63,971 bases of DNA, filler included, from Reticulomyxa filosa (GCA_000512085.1; 21 parts of 21 records of this genome joined end to end with filler, not necessarily neighbours in it); one strand, 5' to 3'; shown: positions 12,283 to 25,131, numbered from the whole stretch's first letter. The notes: generated by a model from the letters alone, not told the origin. Translations and numbers: made by a program.

Positions 12283-12570
12283 GACTTTATCTGAATTACC
12301 CAAACCATTCACAACAGCACAATGTAAGGAAGAACTTCTTATTTGTGGTGGCTATGAAATTAACCGACTGTTACTCGTATCATACTCTGAAAAAACAATA
12401 CAAATGCATCTGCTCTTATCCCAGTGATGTCAAATTCAATGGACATTGAATCATTCACAAACCAATCCCAATGAAATTCATTTGTTATCTTTTGGAGGGC
12501 GCGTGGATTGATTGGTGGAATAAATAATTATTTTTTTTGTTTATCACATGTCTTCCACAAAATATTGGAT
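12283..12570 (+). pseudogene. Kelch-like repeat family fragment, internally deleted
   Basis: Frameshifted TLSELPKPFTTAQC-KEELLICGG / DCYSYHTLKKQYKCICSYPSDVKFNGH / ARGLIGGINN; a clear paralog of 15570-16545 (shared GCGCGTGGATTGATTGGTGGAA). Confidence 0.8.
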
Positions 12571-13121
12571 GAAATCATGGACTAAAATTAAAAATTAAAA
12601 ATGATTTTTTTTTCGAGAAAGCAAAAACAAAAATGGGCTTTCGGTTAGGAGTAATTTATTCTATGTTTATTATTTTTTTGTAAACAAAACAGTTTCAAAT
12701 ACTGGAAAACATCCTCTGCGCATGCACGCAAAAAATGACTGCTTTGTTTTTTGTTCGACCAATATGTCAAAAAAAAAGTTTAAATTGATTTGCTATCTTT
12801 ACATTTGGTGTCCATGAATTAACACATTTAAAAAAAAAAAAAATCGGCTAGTTTCAAGCGATGGTGGTTGTCTTTAGAGTTTGTTGCTTTAAGATGACCA
12901 AAAAAATAAGCAATGCTGGCAATTCTCTCCGATATAACATCAGCTCGGAGACAGACAAAAGAAGCAAATTTTATACTTTTTTTACTGAAGGAACAAGAAG
13001 AAGAAGAAGAGTGTTTGCTATTATGGATTTCAAGTTTGTCCTTTTCATTTTCCCTTTTTACTTTTCAAAAGAAAAAAAAAAAAAAAACGCTCTTAAAAAA
13101 AAAAAAACAAGAAGGGTCGCA

Positions 13122-13865
13122 ATGCGTTTTCGAAAGACATTGTTTTGCTTAAAATATATAGCAAAAAGGAGGTTTAGTGGGTATCAACATTATGGGTTTG
13201 TGTTGTTGGGAGCGCCAGGTGTTGGAAAAGGTACCTTTAGTAAAGGCATGTCAAAAGAGTTCGACGCGAAGGTGATAACATCAGGGGACTTGTTGCGACG
13301 AGCGTCACAGGACTCGAAAGACACCGAGCGTGGGAGATACTTGCAGCAGTGTATAGCCTCAGGCGAGTTAGTGCCCGACCATATAGTATTGCCAATGGTG
13401 GTGGATCAACTTCGCGACCAAACCAAGTCGTTCATTTTGGACGGTTTTCCGAGAACGTTGCACCAAGCACAGCGCATAAACGCAGAATACCATTTCGACT
13501 TGGCGATATACTTTACCTTGCCGGACAGCGTGCTGATTCAAAAGATGCTTGGGAGACGTGTGTGCGTGCACTGTGGAAGAACGTTCAACATCGCGTCCAT
13601 TAACCAAGGGGACATCGTCATGCCTTCCATGCGACCGCAAAAGGACGGCACTTGCGACGATTGCGGACACTCTTTGGACGTGCGGGTCGATGACACCAGC
13701 GAGGTCGTGTTGCAACGCTTGGAACTCTTCCATGAAGTCACTAGTCCTATTGTCAGCTTTTACAAAGAAAAGGGCAACTTGCTTGAGTTTGAAATCAAAA
13801 CAGGTATCAATGACACCCCGAGGCTCATCAATGATATCAAAGATTTTTTGGAAAAAAATAGATGA
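13122..13865 (+). CDS. adk: Adenylate kinase, likely mitochondrial, with 4-Cys LID
   Basis: P-loop GAPGVGKGT, GDLLR, GELVPD, FILDGFPRT, LID RRVCVHCG...CDDCG, RVDD. Arg-rich presequence MRFRKTLFCLKYIAKRRFS. ATG at 13122 is in frame with the ORF track. Confidence 0.95.
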   Translation: MRFRKTLFCLKYIAKRRFSGYQHYGFVLLGAPGVGKGTFSKGMSKEFDAKVITSGDLLRRASQDSKDTERGRYLQQCIASGELVPDHIVLPMVVDQLRDQTKSFILDGFPRTLHQAQRINAEYHFDLAIYFTLPDSVLIQKMLGRRVCVHCGRTFNIASINQGDIVMPSMRPQKDGTCDDCGHSLDVRVDDTSEVVLQRLELFHEVTSPIVSFYKEKGNLLEFEIKTGINDTPRLINDIKDFLEKNR

Positions 13866-14974
13866 TTTTTTTTTTTTTTGGTTTGTTTATTTGTTCTATT
13901 TTTTTTTTTTTTTTACTTTTCGCTTTTTCACAAAGTCACTTCTCTTCGGTTTTCTATTTCAAACATTCATCATTTTATACTTTACAAAAAAAAAAAAAAA
14001 AAAGAAGTGTAAACACAAATGTAAAAAAAAAACAAATTTGTTACAATATTAATAATAAAAAAAAAAAGGCTGGAGTGAGGTCTTTTATTGTTGCAAGGTG
14101 GTGTTTGGGAGAAATATTATTGTCTTACAACCACTTTACTTTTTGCTCGTTCATGTTTCAACCCCCCCTTTTTTCACAATATGGTCACTTTTGGTTGTCA
14201 GGTCGTTTTGTACACTTGTTTCATCAACACAAAAATTGCGGTCGTTAGAAGTCTTTCTTGTACCGCTGGTGAACTTTCTAAGAAATTTCTGAAGAAATTT
14301 CACTTTCCTTAAATTTTTTTTTTGATAGGTCGCAGGGAGGGCCAGAACATCTTCTTTAAGAAATGGAATACAGCCCTCAAAACAATAAAGAAAAATATCT
14401 AAAAAAAATATTTTACAAAACTAATGCAGTCTATTTCCTATCAAATTGAAGACTACCCAAAAAAAAGTAACGAAATAGTTTTTAAATTTTTTTAGAGAAT
14501 AAATTTTGGTGGAACGGGGACAAGTAAATACGATTAAAAAACAACGTGATTATGCAAGTCGTCGAGAAATTGCAATAAATAAATTTTTGTCTGAGTCGAA
14601 GGACTCATCGATATTGTTTCAGAGGTTATTGAAACTCAGTTTTTTTTACAAAAAAAACAAAAAGAAAACTTCTTACACTCGCTTTTCCTTTTTTGTCTGA
14701 CTTGTGACGATTAAACCCTCCACTTTCCTTTCAATTTTCTGGTAGAAAAAAAAGAGACAAAAAATCTCCAACGGCAACCAAAAAAATACGGAAGGACATG
14801 TAGGTGGAGTCAGTGGTCATATTCCACGTCTTACCAATCTTGTGTATTTTAAAAATAATCCGATGGCCAAATAATTAGGTAAGTGATACACATTTTACTA
14901 GTGGTACGCAACGGCTTATAAATTGTGAGGCACGATTGCAACCACTAGCAAAGTAAATTGTTCAATCGCTTTTT

Positions 14975-15085
14975 GGAGGGCTTGCAGATTGAATGGCCAC
15001 CTTCTTGGCAAACATCATTTCTATGCAAGATATGTTCAAAAGGGTCACCAAACAGCTCACAAACTGCTTTGTCAGTAAAAGTTCA
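14975..15085 (+). pseudogene. Possible decayed beta-tubulin C-terminal fragment
   Basis: MATFLANIISMQDMFKRVTKQLTNCF resembles beta-tubulin [25 protein letters not shown]; no intact flanking tubulin sequence. Confidence 0.35.
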
Positions 15086-15569
15086 AACATTCTCTGTTAT
15101 CTTTGCCACTATTGCTATTATCTTTTTTTTATATGGTGTCAACAACTCGCAAGTTTCCAGCTTAAACAATTTTTTTTACGTTATCAATATATAACGAAAT
15201 TTGTTTCCACAAAAATTTGCAATGATGTTTCACGTCTAAAATTTGACAATGCTTTTGTATGATCAGTTTTTACACACAAAAAAAGTTTTTGCAATAATCT
15301 AGACTTTTTTTTTGCAAACATTTTTCGACTGACTCAGTCCAAATAATGCGTCCATACTTGTAATCGTTGCAAAGATACTCAACCCACTCCAGCGAGCAAA
15401 AAAAAATGTTCATGAAGTAAGCCAATATACAAATATAATCAGATTCTCTTTTGCACATAATTTTGTGTAACGTTGAATAGAAGTAAACAACTGTATCTTC
15501 GGCACTCCGTCTTTTCGCACTTCACTTTTGCTCCCTCCAGAGTTTTTTCATATACAAAAAAAGACGTAT

Positions 15570-16545
15570 GGCTTCCAATATTGCCTAAATTGCCAGTTTG
15601 TTTTCAAAAAGCTCAGGCTATTGCGTTGAAAGATGAAATCCTTATTTGTGGGGGAATCTAACATGGCCAGTGTTATTCATATCATACTCAAAAGAAGAAA
15701 TACCGACCCATTTGCTCTTATCCTGAGAACGTTCAACTCGATGGACACTGTGTTTTACAATGGTCTGATCCACAAGCCAATTTAAATACAATTAATTTAT
15801 TATCTTTTGGAGGACAACCCGAAAAAAAAGATAAGTACGCATTTAAAATGGAATATCAAAGTGTTTGGGACGATTATAATGTCAAATCTCAATGGGAACA
15901 ATGTCATTTCCAAATTGGTGACTTCGAGGATAACTTAGTGGGAGCGCGTGGATTGATTGGTGGAAATGATAATAATTTATTATTTATCACTCACTTTCCA
16001 AAAAAAATTCAAGTAATTGATTTAAACACAGGCTCCATTTTGGACACAGATGTACTACCAGTAGAGGCCTATCAACATGGAATTGGTCATCATTGTTTTG
16101 TGCCATTGACCATAGGAAAATGATTGTGTAACTAATTGTTTCATACTGTTTTGCTATAATACAGGATTATTGATCAACTTCAATGAACACAACAGAACAT
16201 TTGAATACGAAAAATTACCTATTTGTCCAGCCCTGAAGGACTCCAATTTTTATTCGTTTGTACATCATAATGATTATGTCTTTTTGCTTGGAGGGAAGGA
16301 TAGTGCCAATAACATACATAAAAAAGTGTGGAAGTATTCCATGAAATATAAAACATGGAGCGAATGTGAGGATACTTTGCCAATAGAAAATTGGGATTCC
16401 TTTGCCGTAATAGATAAAGACAATACTATACATAACTTTGGTGGAATTGATATCAATGGATATGTCCAAAAAAAGCCCATGCACGTGAGCATGCAACAAC
16501 TATTGAACGTGGGGGAAAAAGAAAAGCAATCAAAATTAATAGAAG
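15570..16545 (+). pseudogene. Kelch/galactose-oxidase-like beta-propeller gene, disrupted
   Basis: LPVCFQKAQ...EILICGG*HGQCYSYHT has an in-frame TAA at 15659; LLSFGG, GARGLIGG and HHCFV follow; a frameshift near 16116 precedes VFLLGG, KTWSEC and HNFGG. Confidence 0.85.
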
Positions 16546-17759
16546 NNNNNNNNNNNNNNNNNNNNNNNNNNNNNNNNNNNNNNNNNNNNTTAATTAATTA
16601 ANNNNNNNNNNNNNNNNNNNNNNNNNNNNNNNNNNNNNNNNNNNNAAAAAATCTTTGTGGAAATGCATTTGGCAATGTGGTACTTGTTTATCATTGAGGG
16701 GCAGTACTTGGAAAGATGCAAAAGGTGTAACTCTTTTGCAGAGGTCAGTTGTTGAACAATATGGTGGAAACTTTTGATATTTTTTTTTCTATATGAAAAA
16801 TTGTTATTTTGGAATTTTTTTTGTTTTACTTGAGTAAGTATTAATTTTTTGATTGGAAATATTTTATTTCATTTTTAACTTATAAATTTCTGTACATAAT
16901 GCTACATCATACGCAAGCATTCTGCATTGAATTGTACATGACAAACTGGTAATCGATCAAACTACATGTTTGCAATTCGCCATGCCAATTCTACAATATC
17001 CTTATTTATTGAAGCTTTTTTATATTTTTTTGCATGTTCATCTATGTTGGCAACACTTCTGATTAAGCTGCAGCGTTTTGAAATATAATGCCAAAAAATT
17101 GCTACAGCTGACAATTCTGTGATCTTTCGCAAACGTTGTTTGAATTTTATATTAATGTTAGTATTATTCGCAAAATTTCACTAGGATCTGATTGATTTGC
17201 TTTTCGAATATGGCATACAAAGTCTTTTTGTCCAGATTTTGATGTCATAGGTATCAAGTTCACTTTTTTTCCCGTTCTCCAAGGTTTTTGCGCTTTGCTT
17301 GTTTTACTTTCCGTTGATAGAAACAAGCAAATAAACACAATGATGTTGTACATTTATGATTCATTGTATTTTTTTTTAGTGTTTATATGCTTGTTATTTT
17401 TGTTTAAGAAATTTGTAATATTAATTTTTGATTTAATTTTAGATTAATTTTTAAATATACAACTATGTGTCAAATATGACATATAAAGTTGTTGAAAAAC
17501 GAAATGAACACAAACAAAAAAATTAGATTGTAGCTGAGAATCTACAAATAAGTATGCTTTCAAGCAATTGTTCACTGGTTCTATTCTTGGTATCGTGATA
17601 AATGTTAAATCGATAAAAATGCAGTCATTTTGCAAATTGGTCTCTAAGTATTCTAATTTATTTGAAAGAAATTTGTTTTTTAATGATGAATCATTACAAT
17701 TTAAACTTCCACACGTCAAAAATATACGTTGTAATTTTGTAGGTGACCAAATATGTTGA

Positions 17760-18330
17760 AAAAAAGTATTATATAAGAGACGCTGAAAACAATAAAATAA
17801 AATTTATATGAAGTGATTTTTAGCATTACACGCAAAACTGTTTCTTTTAAGACAGTGTCTTTCATCAGAGTTTGATTGGTACAATATTGGAAGCGTTTAA
17901 GTAATGAATGGGAAACATTGTTAGGACCTGTTTATGCATGTAACATTAATTGATGTGTAAATGCAGATATTTACAAAGAAATTCTATGTGATGAAGTGAT
18001 CAGAAAGCATTAATTAGGGTTTATAAGATAATGGAAATTGTATATTTCAGCAAGATAATGCCACTAGTCACACAGAAATTACAGCAAAAGAATGATTTGA
18101 ACAAAACGCTATCAAAGTATTGAATTTCACTCCAAATTCTACAGACCTGAACCAAATCGAAAATCTGTAGTTGATAGTAAAAAAATAGACCATTCAGATC
18201 AAAAGAAGAAATGCTGAAATAATTTAAATTAGAATGGGAAAAAATTGACAAAGAAACATGCATATATTTAACAAAAGTCAATGCTACAGAGAATACAATC
18301 AGTATACAATGCAAAAAGTGATGCAAACAA
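17760..18330 (+). mobile_element. Decayed Tc1-family DD34E transposase
   Basis: VNADIYKEIL...IFQQDNATSHT...PNSTDLNQIENL*. Exactly 34 residues separate the second D from E, and conserved Trp codons appear as TGA/TAG. Confidence 0.88.
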
Positions 18331-19696
18331 ATGGTAATTTCATTAAAGACAATCTTACCATAAAAAAAATTTTAGTTCTCATGCTTTTAAATTAGCTTGA
18401 CTTCTTTGGCATTGATTCACAACTTATCCATTTGTCTTCGTATATTGAATTGAAAAAGAAAAAGGAGACAANNNNNNNNNNNNNNNNNNNNNNNNNNNNN
18501 NNNNNNNNNNNNNNNTTAATTAATTAANNNNNNNNNNNNNNNNNNNNNNNNNNNNNNNNNNNNNNNNNNNNTCAATTTGATGGAAATTTCTGTCACCCTT
18601 TTTTGAAATTAAAAATAAAACATCATAGAATGCTAAATTCAAATGAATTTTTTGTTTTTTTTGTATCTATTCTTTTAATGCAACAACAATTTTTGAAAAT
18701 AGAAAAGTTTTTTTGAATTGCAAAAGAAAAGGAGTAGAATAAGTTTTTTTTGTTTTCATTTAATTACTAACTAGTAATCACTAATTAGACAAAAGAATGT
18801 CTTTAAAAACTTTTGCCTTGAGCTGACATTTGCTCTCTGGACTTGCTAAAAACAATTAACGCAGGCAATGATAAAAAACAAGGACTTTTACATCCAAAAA
18901 AGATAGTTTAAAAATAACGTCAATGATAGCAAGACTATTAACAAATACAAACATATTCATATTCGATAACGTGTCTTGTATAAACTATAAAGTGGAATAT
19001 TCAACAGTGGTTCAGTTTCGTCAATTTTAAGTGATTGCATTTGACAATTCACTACATTGCAACTTCATTTGTTAAAATGTTGAATCTCTTGGTAATCCAA
19101 TGAAACTTCTTTCGCATAATCCACTGCATATTCAATTCTCTTGATTAAAAATATGATTTATTGTTTTAATATCAATTTACACATGTCCATTGTATCTAAA
19201 TACTTTTTTATTATTCTTGTCGTTTTTGTAATATTGCTTCAATTTTTTCTGTTGTTACATTCACTTCTCTTTTTGCTTCTTTTACTTTGGTACTTTATTA
19301 ACGTGGATACTTTTCTTTATTTCTTTCTGAAATTAATATTTATTTTATTGCAATGAGAAAGGATGTATTTCATTTAATAGTAAAAACAGTAACAATAAGT
19401 TTAAATTTAATCTTGTAGAATGAATAAACAAGACATTAGAGTTCCTTTATTAGATACCATTCCTGCTGTTATCATTATTTTTTTTTAAAAAAAAATACAC
19501 ATTTCAAAAAAAAATGCAAACTTTTACGTTTGATAAAATAATGAATGTTCCTTGTTTAAATTGAACATCAAATAAACAAAAACAAACAAACAATAATTTT
19601 GATCTGAATGATTTCGGACATATCATTGGTTCAATTAATAAAAATAAATCAATCACAATTAATTCCTTTCCTGATGTTACCACATTCAGTACATCT

Positions 19697-19928
19697 TCAC
19701 TTCACTCTCAAACAATCTTCACCTGAAGGAACTGTTTCAAAAAACAATTTAACATCTTCTTCATTCAAACATTGTACAGCTGGATTGTATTTGTCTTGTT
19801 CTAATCGTATTTGAATTTTCCATTTGTTTAATTCATCTTCAATACTCTTCTTTTTTGGAGATTCATAATCTTCCTTCCATCCACTTAATCTTGTCCTGTT
19901 TGAAAATTGAGATTTTCCACACAATATT
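19697..19928 (-). pseudogene. Fragment of an unidentified protein
   Basis: Coding-like stretch (DKYNPAVQCLNEEDVKLFFETVPSGEDCLR) at the contig end followed by stops; no domain recognised. Confidence 0.3.
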
Positions 19929-20764
19929 NNNNNNNNNNNNNNNNNNNNNNNNNNNNNNNNNNNNNNNNNNNNTTAATTAATTAANNNNNNNNNNNNNNNN
20001 NNNNNNNNNNNNNNNNNNNNNNNNNNNNTTTTTTTTTTTTTGGATATTTGGAATGACTTTAGAGAATTCTAACTTGTCTGTTATTTTCACACTTTTCGTC
20101 TATTACGGAATCCTTCCAACGATATGGAAAAGATATGACAGGAGTCTATGGTTTTGGTTTTGTTATGTTCCAACTTATTCAAAACACTGTCACTTCACCC
20201 CCACCCCCACCCCCCCCCTTTTCTTTTCTTCTTCACGTAACGTCAACAGAATGCATCGCCATCTTTTTGTTTTTTTTTTGTTTCTTTTTCTGTTGCGTTG
20301 TTGGCTTTTGACTCGTGTTTATTTTCTCCACGCTTGCTTTTGTTTCACCAGCACCTGCAGACATTGTTGTACTCATCTATTTTTCTTTAGCTCTTATCCC
20401 ATGCAAGGGAATAATAGTCACGAAAATCTTTAGTTTAGCGCAAAACTGCACGAAGCGGCGCTAAAACCAGTTGCTTTGAAGGGAAGGGAAAGTTAACAAG
20501 TTCTTTTTGTCGTGTTTATACTTATTCAAACTTGCCATTCTCGTTATTGATTAATTTCTCTTGTCTCAATTCTACCATGTACGCAATTTATAATTTTAAA
20601 CTAAATATATAAGTACAAATCAACAGGATATCACTAACAGGATGACCAGTACTCAAGAAAAAAAAATTATTTCAAAAAGCTTTTTAAAATAAGTTAAAAA
20701 GCTGAGACAAATGTTTTGCTTGTGCAGAACTTTTTAACTTAAAAGACGCTGAACGTTGTTGAAA

Positions 20765-22423
20765 ATGACAAGCCCTAATCTAAATTGGTAAGTTTATTAG
20801 AGAAAATACTTATTCTTTGTGGTTTTAATTCCTAAAATGTAAATAGCAACCAGTGTTGGCAGCCATTACCTGAAGAAAATTCGTGGTTATCGTCGTGCCA
20901 GCACTTATTTTGTAACAATTGCTTGTCAACTTTAGCAAATCATGGAGATCTTATTGCTTGTATTTGTATTCTTTTACACACTGCTGTATTCATAACATCA
21001 ATACCTTTTCAGTAAAAAGAGATATTATCATGTAAACAAAAACGTGTGTTCTCTTCAAACATAATATCAGGTCGAATTTGTAAGAAAAGATTAAATATGG
21101 AAAATGATTTCACAAATATCTCTGTTGTTTTTGATGAACAAGATCTTTTGTTGAAATTGATTGGATGTCCTCCTCAATTACTTTTTCAATGTGCACAAAT
21201 GGCGTTGGAATTTTGGGACGCACAAAGAGTTTTACAAAGAAAGTTGTACAACATGTATTATCAAGACATGAAAAAAAAAGAGTTACAACTTTTTTTTTCT
21301 TAAGTGTAAAACGAAAAAAAAATTATTGTTGCTGAAAGAAAAAAAATATGTGTATTCAAAAAAAGGATGAAATAAAAAAAGAGTTTGAAGAACTTAAAAC
21401 AAGTTGTCAAAACAGTAAGTTGCAACACGAAGCAGAGAATCAATCATTACAAATCAAACTTCAGAATTTACAAGTTTTGTAATTGATTGATAAACTTTTT
21501 CTTCAGTTGAGGGAAACATATGTTGAATGAATAGGCAGAATTGGAAAAATCAAAACAAGTTAACACTTTGGTACTTTAATGTGTTATGTAGCTTTGTCAC
21601 GATTTTTTTTGTAATAATGACAACAGACCATTCAATCGCTGCAAACGGATACTCATGAGAAAGAGAGACAATGCGATAAATATCGTATGTTTTTATATAT
21701 TTAAACAAGTTTGTTATACAAAGAATTAACGTACATGTGATATTTGATATAGAAAAAATTTATCGAACAATCCGTGCTTCTGGGCAGCGAGGAGAAGAAA
21801 GCATTATTTCAGCTTCCACTCGATCCTCAAATCAAGTAAATCCATCCAATAATGCAGTCAATCCCAAAACATATGCTCTCCGTCAACCTCAAGTTCGTCC
21901 TTTGCCAAACAATAGTCGAACAAATCAGTCCTACGTTTCGTGAATAGTTTCTGTTGAATTTTTAAAAATTTATTTTGAGTGAAAATGATAAATTTGCTGT
22001 GATTGTGTGATGCAATGCAATTATAGTTTAATATAAGAGGCAAATCTCCCGAAGCTGTAATATTTCGACATAACCCAATGGGGGCAACGGCAATGCCAGT
22101 CGAGGTTTGCATTTTTTTTATTGTTCAAAAATTGCTAATATCTACGATATACATGTGCCATTGTACAGGGAACGTCTCATGTAAGATTTTTTCCTTCTTT
22201 TAAAAAGCCAACGAACCTACCTTCCATAATGCATCCAAGGTATGTCACAATATGTGTAGACATTTGATAGTTTTGAAGTAAGAATCAAACAAAAATTAGT
22301 GGTACATCGAAGATATTTAACGGAGGTTTGGCAAGATATAATAGAAATGTTAATCATAGCAATATCACTGGACCTGATCGAACATTTTTTTTGTCTTCAA
22401 ACATGCCTCAAAGACATAGTTAG
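20765..22423 (+). CDS. HEI10: Meiotic RING E3 ligase HEI10/CCNB1IP1, multi-exon
   Basis: Exons 20765-20787, 20847-20959 and 21071- splice in frame to MTSPNLNCNQCWQPLPEENSWLSSCQHLFCNNCLSTLANHGDLIACRICKKRL...LIGCPPQLLFQCAQMALEFWDAQR. A coiled coil follows (EKERQCDKY, cf. plant EKSRQKRKL) and then an S/P/N-rich tail ending at TAG 22423. Later exon boundaries are approximate. Confidence 0.85.
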
Positions 22424-22922
22424 CATTGTGAGTCTTTCTAAAAAAAAGTTAATTTTTAAAGAATAAAAATAGATGCTGTCAATTATCTGAATATCAAGAA
22501 AACTCTAAATTAAAACTTTTATGTTTAACATTCTCGAGTCACAATAATCAGAATCAATCAAAATGTGTTTAATAAACCGATTCCTTCACAGCTAATGTGT
22601 GTCTTGCAATCCATTTGTTCTCCATTTTCATTTTTCATATTTTTATATTCAGTTACTTTAAACTTGCATCCTGTCACTATAATTTGTAAATTGAATTTAA
22701 AAAAAGAGTTGTTCAATTATTAAAAAATATTAACTAATTTCCGCAAAATGAATAGCAGTCTTGGTATGCAATTCCAAAGCTCCACATTTGAACTCTGATT
22801 TCCCTTTAGCCAGAGCTGCAAANNNNNNNNNNNNNNNNNNNNNNNNNNNNNNNNNNNNNNNNNNNNTTAATTAATTAANNNNNNNNNNNNNNNNNNNNNN
22901 NNNNNNNNNNNNNNNNNNNNNN

Positions 22923-23407
22923 TTCGTTGGGTTCGTTGTCCAACTCACTTTCGTTCAAATCCTCAACAAAGTCGTTTAGCAATGTCGGAATGTTTCCATT
23001 CATCCACGATGCAGATGACAGCATGGATTCCGTTCCTTGTCAGTTCATCAACGCAATCAACTAAAATGCAATTTGACATAATTTATTTTTTTTTGGAAGG
23101 GAGAAGAAGAAGAAGAAGAAGAAGAAAAGAGAGCAAATACGAGAAGCTTGGGAAGCCATGGACTCTTGAATAGGTGTCAAGGCAGGTCTTCCAAACTGGC
23201 TTGGCGGAGGCATTAGCACACTTTTCGACAACATTCGATGGGACAAACTGCTATCATCAAATGTCTCTTGGGATGACATATGAGTTTCAAATGTGTCCAT
23301 TTCATCACCTCCTTTGTCGTTCTCACTTTTGTGTTCAAGTGCATTGGCATTAGTATTAGTATTAGTATTAGCATTGACATTGGTATTAATAGTTTCATTA
23401 TCATTAA

Positions 23408-23461
<54 letters not shown>

Positions 23462-25131
23462 CATTATTATTATTATTATTATTGTCATTACCAATGTCAG
23501 TAGTTTCAATGATAATTACTTTTCTCTCTTCTTGGCTGTGTTTTTTTTTTTTACGTGTTGGATATTAATATCCGATTCTCTTGCCATTCCTATATTTATT
23601 TCCTTTTTCCCACTCTCTTTCTTTCTCTTTCGTGTTGTCAAGTGCAGGGTTTTTTTTTTTAAGGAGATCGTGGACGAGAGAGGAGTTGCGCGGTTGCATA
23701 TGGTCCTTGGAAGACCAGTCATCAAAGGATAGATAATCGCTGGGGTTGGATTCCAGAGGATGGTAATCGACGTATACTACATTCCGACTCTCACTCGCGT
23801 TGTTTTCAATCGACTGTTGGCCGTGATACGTGTTCAGCTCGGTCGACATCCGATGCACATCCGCGCTGTTGCGTTTGTCCGTGTTCCTGGCGACCGCAAG
23901 GCCGTGGCCGACCACGAGATCGCTGCGGCCGCCGTTGTCCGGGCCGGTTGTCGCGCCCACGCCAGAGGAGTTGAGGACGCGAACTACGGGGGAGTCACCA
24001 GATTGAGGCGCGTTGCCGTTTGTGGCACCGTCGTCCGTTTCCCAATAATTTTGAATTACAACAAAGTCACCTGACAATTCGCTTGTCTAGACATCCATTT
24101 TTTTTTTTTTATGGTATTGTTTGTTTCATGCATTTACGTTCAGCAATGGGGGGGGAGGGGGGAAGAAAAAAAAAAAAAAAAGTAACAGTGAGATCTCTGG
24201 AATGATTTGACCTTGGAAATTTGTTTCTAAATCCATGTTCACTTGATATTGAACGCTTGAAAGAACAACGTATATACACATACATGTATATATGTATATG
24301 TACATATAATTTTTTTTTTTTTTTTTTTCAAGTATAAAAACAAAAAAAATAATAATAATAAAAACTTGAATGAATTTGCGCTCTGATGCAATCGGCATCC
24401 CAGGATGAGGTGGGCCTTTGGCATCAGTATTTTCACTACTCTCACGTCTTCCCACGCGGTCAAACAATTGGGTGGACCGGTCATTACTAAGGTTGCTATT
24501 GTTACTGCCACTGCTAACGCTGCGCTTCATACGCAACGACGCTCCCGAAGACCCACTCTTGTTGCTTTCGTTTTTACCAATTTCCACGTTTTCAAAGTTT
24601 TTGTTGGACGCCATCTCGTTGGAGTTGCGATTCTTTTGTCCTAGTTTGTGGTTGTCATCAAACTGTCGAACTTTTAGCTTCCTTTTGTCCACAGAGTCAA
24701 TGCCACTCCCGTTGCTGCTTCGCTTGCTACTATTGCTGTCCGTTTTGTTCGTCGTCGGATTGCGACGATGGTTGTTTCCTGGGCCTTTTGTCCCGTTCAT
24801 TTTGTTCGTGCTCGCGCCGCTCATACCATTGTCTTGTTCCAAGTCACTTTCATCGAATTCAATATCTGCCGCTTCACTTTCTCGTCGAAGTGCGGGGCGC
24901 TATTTATTTATTTTTTCCCAAGGGCGCCAAAAAAAAAAAAAAAAAAAACGGAATTGAAACAACTACGAAATTACAATATATATATGTATATATATGTATA
25001 ATATTATATAACAAAGATTGAAAAAAAAAAAAAAAACAACGTAACAAATGCTTGCATTTGGCCGACAGAAAAACTGCTAGTATGCGAACTGATCGAATCA
25101 AAGCCGCTATGTGACTGTCTTGCTCCTGATG
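22923..25131 (-). CDS. Hypothetical low-complexity (N/S/D-rich) protein, internal multi-exon fragment
   Basis: ORFs 24126-24842, 23565-24077 and 23061-23300 are separated by T/A-run introns; no domain recognised. Confidence 0.55.
23409..23481. repeat. (ATT)n microsatellite, likely poly-Asn on the minus strand
   Basis: About 24 near-perfect ATT units; source of the spurious poly-Ile and poly-Leu ORFs. Confidence 0.95.

Noticed and set aside
12861-13121. 87-aa N-terminal extension of adenylate kinase
   Set aside because: It runs through A/T homopolymers typical of UTR or intron; ATG 13122 gives a plausible presequence.
15659-15661. In-frame TAA/TGA codons as evidence of stop-codon reassignment or selenocysteine
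   Set aside because: They co-occur with frameshifts in decayed copies, and intact genes end normally in TAA, TGA or TAG.
23213-23732. Poly-Ile and poly-Leu ORFs as membrane proteins
   Set aside because: They are alternative-frame translations of the (ATT)n microsatellite.
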